Source: Nitrospirota bacterium | GTDB lineage: Bacteria; Nitrospirota; UBA9217 | Assembly: GCA_963663225.1 (NCBI GenBank) | Contig: OY760142.1 | Location: 896,001 to 960,000, forward strand | Direction: 5' to 3' | DNA length: 64,000 nt | Shown here: positions 59,561-64,000 of the stretch, piece by piece | Numbering within the stretch: position 1 is the first letter of the stretch | Layout of the letters: each line of letters begins with the position of its first letter | Notes under the pieces: generated by a model | The model's database searches: none | The model's input: the letters and a program-made list of their open reading frames with translations, nothing else | What the model was told of the DNA's origin: nothing | Program-made: the position numbers and the translations under genes

Positions 59561-61462
59561 TTACTCTCTGAAAGACAGAACCAGTTCATAGAGACCGCTC
59601 TCCACGCGTTTTTCAATATTGAATCCCGCCTTCTCAAAAAGATAGAGCATGTGCCGGTTCTCCATCAGAACGGTTGCGGTGAATCCGAGCAGACCCCTCT
59701 TTTTTGCCAGATAGGTGACATATTCAAGCAGCACATTACCGATGCCTTTGTCCTGGTAATCGTCGCGGACGACAAAGCCTACATCAGCGGTGTTTGCAGC
59801 TTCATAGATGGTATACTGAGCCATCCCCACAACCCTTTCCTTTTCCTGTTGCTGCATCACCGCGAGAATGACCATTTCCTTGGTATAGTCGATAACAACA
59901 AGCGGTTGAAGGCGTTCATGGTGCATGTCGATGCGCGCAGTCATGTACCGACGGTACATGCAATCATCCGACAGGGAATAAAAAAAGTCCTTCAACAAAG
60001 GTTCATCGCTCAGCTTTACCGGCCTGAGCAAAAGATTGAGTCCCGTGTCGGTGGTTTTATACGTTTCCAGTTCTGCCGGGTATTCTCCTTTTGCCCCCGG
60101 GATGAATGCCTGATCCTGATAAATAAGGTTTCTGTGCTTCGCTTCTCTGATGAGCCCTTCCCGGAATCGGGGGTGTGCAATGGCGATCAGATCCATGGCA
60201 CGTTCGCGGATATTTTTGCCGTGGAGATAGGCGATACCGTATTCGGTCACCACGTAATGCGCGTCTCCCCGGGAAAACGTTACACCCGATCCCTCTTTGA
60301 GGAAAGGAACGATGCGCGAGGTTTCTCCGTTTTCGGCCGTTGACTGGATCGCAAGAATGGTTTTTCCGCCGGAAGACAGCATCGCGCCGCGCATAAAGTC
60401 GGCGTGTCCGCCAATCCCGCTGTAAAACATGGTTCCGAGCGACTCGGTTGTCGCTTGTCCGGAGAGGTCTATTTCCAGCGCACTGTTGATGGCCGTCATG
60501 TTCTTTTGTCTGGCAAGCACCAGCGGGTTGTTGGTGTAATCCACGGGTTTGAATTCAATGGATTCGTTTTCATGCAGGAATTCATACGTCGCGTGTTTCC
60601 CCATGCAGAATGCCGCGACCGTTTTGCCCGTGTCCAGTTCTTTGCGGGAGTTGTCGATAACACCGGCTTTTATCAGCTCGACAATGCCGTCAGTCAGAAG
60701 TTCGGTATGCACACCCAGGTGCTTCTTGTTTTTAAGATGAGCAAGCACTGCGTTTGGGATGCTTCCATACCCCACCTGGATCGTGTCTCCGTCCTGGACG
60801 ATCCGCGCAATATAGGAGCCGATTTTCTGAGCGATTTCGTCAGAAACAGGCTCCTGGTATTCCAGAAGCGGCTCATCATGCGGAACAATGAAATCGACAT
60901 CGCTGATGTTGAGAAACGTGTCTCCCGGCACCCGGGGCATGTGCACGTTCGGCTGGGCTATCACCAGCGCAGCGTTCTCGCACGCGGCTTTTACAATATC
61001 AACGCTGATGCCAAGACTCAGAAATCCGCGCTCGTCCGGAAGAGATGTCTGGACCAGCGCCACGTCAACAGGTACAAGCTTTTTCTGAAACAGTGCGGGA
61101 ATTTGAGACAGGAAAATCGGCGTATAGTCAGCCAGGCCGCGGTTTACCGCGCGGCGGGTATTATTGCCGATAAAGAAAGAGTTGTGACGAAAATTTTCTT
61201 TGAACTTTTCGTCAGTGTACGGCGCCACGCCCAGGGTCCAGACCTGGAACAATTCCGCGTCGAAAAATGCTTTTGGGTGGGAATGGACATATTCGGTGAG
61301 GGCCCTGACAAGATACTGCGGTTCTCCGCACGCGGTTCCGACAAAGATGCGGTTCCCGGGATGAATGTTGCCGAAAATCAGCTCATTCGCAGCAAATTTC
61401 TGCGGATACCGCGATCTCAACAGATTCAAGTTTTCTTTGTCATCTGTATGCGCAGCCGTCAT
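59561..61462 (-). CDS. Acetyl-CoA hydrolase/CoA-transferase fused to a C-terminal GNAT domain
   Basis: DYTPIFLS, SLGISVD, IQVGYGSIP, GVHTE, SGIGGHADF, VTEYG, IAHPRFR; then LLRPV..DE..IDY...DYQDKGIG GNAT. Confidence 0.92.
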   Translation of the reverse strand: MTAAHTDDKENLNLLRSRYPQKFAANELIFGNIHPGNRIFVGTACGEPQYLVRALTEYVHSHPKAFFDAELFQVWTLGVAPYTDEKFKENFRHNSFFIGNNTRRAVNRGLADYTPIFLSQIPALFQKKLVPVDVALVQTSLPDERGFLSLGISVDIVKAACENAALVIAQPNVHMPRVPGDTFLNISDVDFIVPHDEPLLEYQEPVSDEIAQKIGSYIARIVQDGDTIQVGYGSIPNAVLAHLKNKKHLGVHTELLTDGIVELIKAGVIDNSRKELDTGKTVAAFCMGKHATYEFLHENESIEFKPVDYTNNPLVLARQKNMTAINSALEIDLSGQATTESLGTMFYSGIGGHADFMRGAMLSSGGKTILAIQSTAENGETSRIVPFLKEGSGVTFSRGDAHYVVTEYGIAYLHGKNIRERAMDLIAIAHPRFREGLIREAKHRNLIYQDQAFIPGAKGEYPAELETYKTTDTGLNLLLRPVKLSDEPLLKDFFYSLSDDCMYRRYMTARIDMHHERLQPLVVIDYTKEMVILAVMQQQEKERVVGMAQYTIYEAANTADVGFVVRDDYQDKGIGNVLLEYVTYLAKKRGLLGFTATVLMENRHMLYLFEKAGFNIEKRVESGLYELVLSFRE

Positions 61463-61620
61463 AGGCTTTCCTTTTTGGATACAGTATATCAGAAAGAATA
61501 CAGATGATGACAGAAAAATTCCAGCGAAAAACGATTTTCCCGCACCGCCTTCGTGTGCTATACTACATGCAGTGCGCAATGTGACACAGCGCCGTTCTGC
61601 AGGCATGTATGCTCCTTAGT

Positions 61621-61728
61621 GGAGCCCCCTCCGACAGGAGCCGGAGGCTCCTTCGATAAGCGCGACCTCCCGTGACTTACTGCATTCCTCCCCTGGCAGG
61701 AGCCAGGGGATTCCATGTCGCAGGGATT
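61621..61728 (+). ncRNA. Putative structured ncRNA, copy 2 of the two-copy family
   Basis: GGAGCC..UCCG-ACAGGAGC-CGGA-GGCUCC, UCCCCUGGC-AGGA-GCCAGGGGA and 3' GCAGGGAUU; extended -10 TGcTATACT at 61556-61564. Confidence 0.55.
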
Positions 61729-61771
61729 GAAAAGAACTCTGCGTTAACTCGGCAGTACTGTGAGGTGACTC

Positions 61772-63277
61772 ATGCATGAAAAATCAATCCTTATCATCGG
61801 TGCCGGCATAGCCGGCCTTTCCGCCAGCTGCTACGGACGGATGAACGGCTTTCCTGTCCATATTGTTGAGATGCACTCGCTGCCGGGCGGACTCTGCACA
61901 TCCTGGAAGCGTCATGGCTTCACCATAAACGGCTGCATTCACTGGCTCGTAGGATCGAGTGCAGCTTCGAACTTTCATCAAATCTGGCAGGAACTCGGAG
62001 TCTTGCAGGACCGGGAATTTTTATACCCCGAGGAGTATGCCCGCTTTGAGGCCCCAGACGGCAGAACGTTCATCGCATACAGCAATGTGGACCGGCTCGA
62101 GCGGCATATGAAGGAAATCGCTCCTGAGGATATGCAGGTCATTGATGAATTCATCAGGACGGTGCGCAGCTGCACACGATTTCAGCCCCCCGTAGGAAAA
62201 GCCCCGGAGTTGTTCGGGCTGTTCGATTTTTTAAAACTGATTGTTACCAAGTTCCCTTTGTTGCACATGCTCTGGAAATGGAACAAGGTATCGCTCACCC
62301 AGTACGGCAAACGCTTTAAGAACCCGCTGCTTCGCGAAGCTTTTGCGCAGATGTTCCTCCCTGAATTTCCCATGTCTTTCCTGCTTATGACATTTGCCTG
62401 GTTGCACAATAAGGCCGCCGGATATCCGGTGGGCGGCTCTCTTGCCTTCGCGCGCGCCATTGAGCAACGCTTCCTTTCCCTTGGCGGAACCCTGCAATAT
62501 AAAACACGCGTAATAAAAATTTTAACGGATAACGGCAACGCCACAGGAGCCCTTCTTGAAGACGGAACTGAACTTCGTGCGGACTATGTAATTTCCGCCG
62601 CGGACGGCCGCACCACTATTTTCGATATGCTTGAGGGGAAATATCTCGATGCTGCCATACAGCAGTATTACACTACTCTTATCCCCTTCCCGCCGCTGGT
62701 ATATATCGCTCTGGGTGTGAACAGAGCGTTCAATGAACTGCCGCATTCAGCAGGAGGCATCAGCCTTGCGCTCCAAAATCCGATCAGGCTTGGCGAGCAG
62801 GAGGTCAAGAGCCTCAGCATGAAAATCTATAATTTCGACCCCACGCTCGCTCCGGCAGGAAAAACAGTCATAACCGTGATGTTCCACTCTGATTATCACT
62901 ACTGGAAAAAACTCGCCGAAAATCATGATCAATATCTGGTCGAAAAAACCAGAATTCTCAATAGCGTCATTGCGCTCCTCGACAGGCGCTTTCCGGGGAT
63001 CGCCGCGCAGGTGGAAATGCGCGACGTGGCCACTCCGTTGACATTCGAACGGTACACAGGCAACTGGAAGGGAAGTTTCGAGGGATGGCAGGTCACGCCG
63101 GACACCTGGAGCATCGGAAAACTCATGCCCAAAACCCTGCCGGGCCTCAAAAACTTCTATATGGCAGGCCACTGGGTGGAACCCGGCGGAGGAGTCCCTC
63201 CGGCGGCAATGAGCGGAAGAAATGTGATTCAAATAATTTGCAGGAAGGAAAACAAACCGTTTACGACAACAACCTAG
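61772..63277 (+). CDS. Phytoene-desaturase-family FAD-dependent oxidoreductase
   Basis: IIGAGIAGL, PGGLCTSW.R.GF, YPVGGS, DVATPLT..RYTGN..G, LKNFYMAGHWV.PGGG. Confidence 0.9.
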   Translation: MHEKSILIIGAGIAGLSASCYGRMNGFPVHIVEMHSLPGGLCTSWKRHGFTINGCIHWLVGSSAASNFHQIWQELGVLQDREFLYPEEYARFEAPDGRTFIAYSNVDRLERHMKEIAPEDMQVIDEFIRTVRSCTRFQPPVGKAPELFGLFDFLKLIVTKFPLLHMLWKWNKVSLTQYGKRFKNPLLREAFAQMFLPEFPMSFLLMTFAWLHNKAAGYPVGGSLAFARAIEQRFLSLGGTLQYKTRVIKILTDNGNATGALLEDGTELRADYVISAADGRTTIFDMLEGKYLDAAIQQYYTTLIPFPPLVYIALGVNRAFNELPHSAGGISLALQNPIRLGEQEVKSLSMKIYNFDPTLAPAGKTVITVMFHSDYHYWKKLAENHDQYLVEKTRILNSVIALLDRRFPGIAAQVEMRDVATPLTFERYTGNWKGSFEGWQVTPDTWSIGKLMPKTLPGLKNFYMAGHWVEPGGGVPPAAMSGRNVIQIICRKENKPFTTTT

Positions 63278-63455
63278 CTGTCCAGACAAATCACCATGCA
63301 GCTGTTCCGAACAGATCCTTTTACCGGCGGCCCTCCACCTGTATACGGATTTTCGGAAGACTTTTTTCTCCGCTCCAGTCTTGAATAAAAACCCCTTTCC
63401 TGCTTGACACCTGTACCCAACAATGATACCTTCCTGTACGAAAAGAGGTGCCCTG

Positions 63456-64000
63456 GTGTTAAGCACTGCTACCCAACTTGCACAATGTATCGACTACACC
63501 CTTGTCAGGCCGGATGCAAGTCTTGATGACCTTGCCGCAGCCTGTACGGCGGCGAAAAAATATGGATTTGCGTGCGTCGTGGTGAACAGCGGCAATGTTG
63601 CACAGGCACGCAGCCTTCTATCCGGCACCCTGATAAAAGTCTGCGCTGTTGTAGGGTTTCCTCACGGTGCGAACACAACGGCTGTCAAGATATTCGAAGC
63701 AATGGAATCGGTGAAGAATGGCGCGTCGGAGCTGGATATCGTTGCGAACATCGGCATGATACAATCAGGCCGTTTCGATTTTGTGGAAATCGACATAAAG
63801 AATATTATTGCCATGACGCCTCAAAAAGTCCACAAGATCATTATCGAAACGGGGATGCTTACCGCGGAACAAATTACCCGGGTCAGCCAGGTTGTTGCAC
63901 GGAGCGGGGCGGAATTCGTCAAAACATCTACCGGGTACGGCTCCCGCGGCGCAACAACGGAAGATATAAAACTGATCAAGCAAGCCGTCGGCTCCGTGTG
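63456..64000 (+). CDS. deoC: Deoxyribose-phosphate aldolase (3'-truncated; absent from the ORF track)
   Basis: GTG start after GAGG; IDYTLVRP, VVGFPHGA, GASELDIVAN, KIIIETG, EFVKTSTG. TTGACA-17-TACCTT promoter at 63404-63432. Confidence 0.92.
   Translation, partial: MLSTATQLAQCIDYTLVRPDASLDDLAAACTAAKKYGFACVVVNSGNVAQARSLLSGTLIKVCAVVGFPHGANTTAVKIFEAMESVKNGASELDIVANIGMIQSGRFDFVEIDIKNIIAMTPQKVHKIIIETGMLTAEQITRVSQVVARSGAEFVKTSTGYGSRGATTEDIKLIKQAVGSV

Overview
Chromosomal window of about 50-55% GC from a bacterium that looks anaerobic or microaerophilic and diderm (Nitrospirota/Desulfobacterota-like; this is an impression from gene content, not a database result). Most of it is housekeeping or metabolic: glnA, two phosphofructokinases, moaAC, radC, hcp, a flavodiiron protein with rubredoxin, glgB, ileS-lspA-lgt-rluD-lgt, PBP1A, tpx, a cold-shock protein, pepF, tRNA-Val/Asp and deoC. 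No integrase, transposase, prophage or CRISPR array is visible. Highlights: (1) a fully overlapping 7-gene operon (9184-16949) that looks like an uncharacterised synthase-dependent exopolysaccharide system: WecB, a novel membrane protein, a processive GT2, a membrane-anchored bactofilin-like beta-helix protein, a CE4-like deacetylase, a putative glycoside hydrolase and a YaiO-type porin. (2) A structured non-coding element present twice, 58 kb apart (3666-3752 and 61621-61728), with a compensatory base-pair change and AGGA-type loops; a candidate new sRNA family or CsrA sponge. (3) A self-contained mutagenesis cassette (79-aa unknown protein-dinB-lexA) under a consensus, apparently leaderless promoter whose spacer holds a GAAC-N4-GTTC palindrome. 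Further items: a double-kinase hybrid sensor with a His-to-Asp second kinase, an orphan low-GC PD-(D/E)XK nuclease, a DedA / GltD-CCG fusion / exported rhodanese cluster, and a GNAT pseudogene with two in-frame stops.
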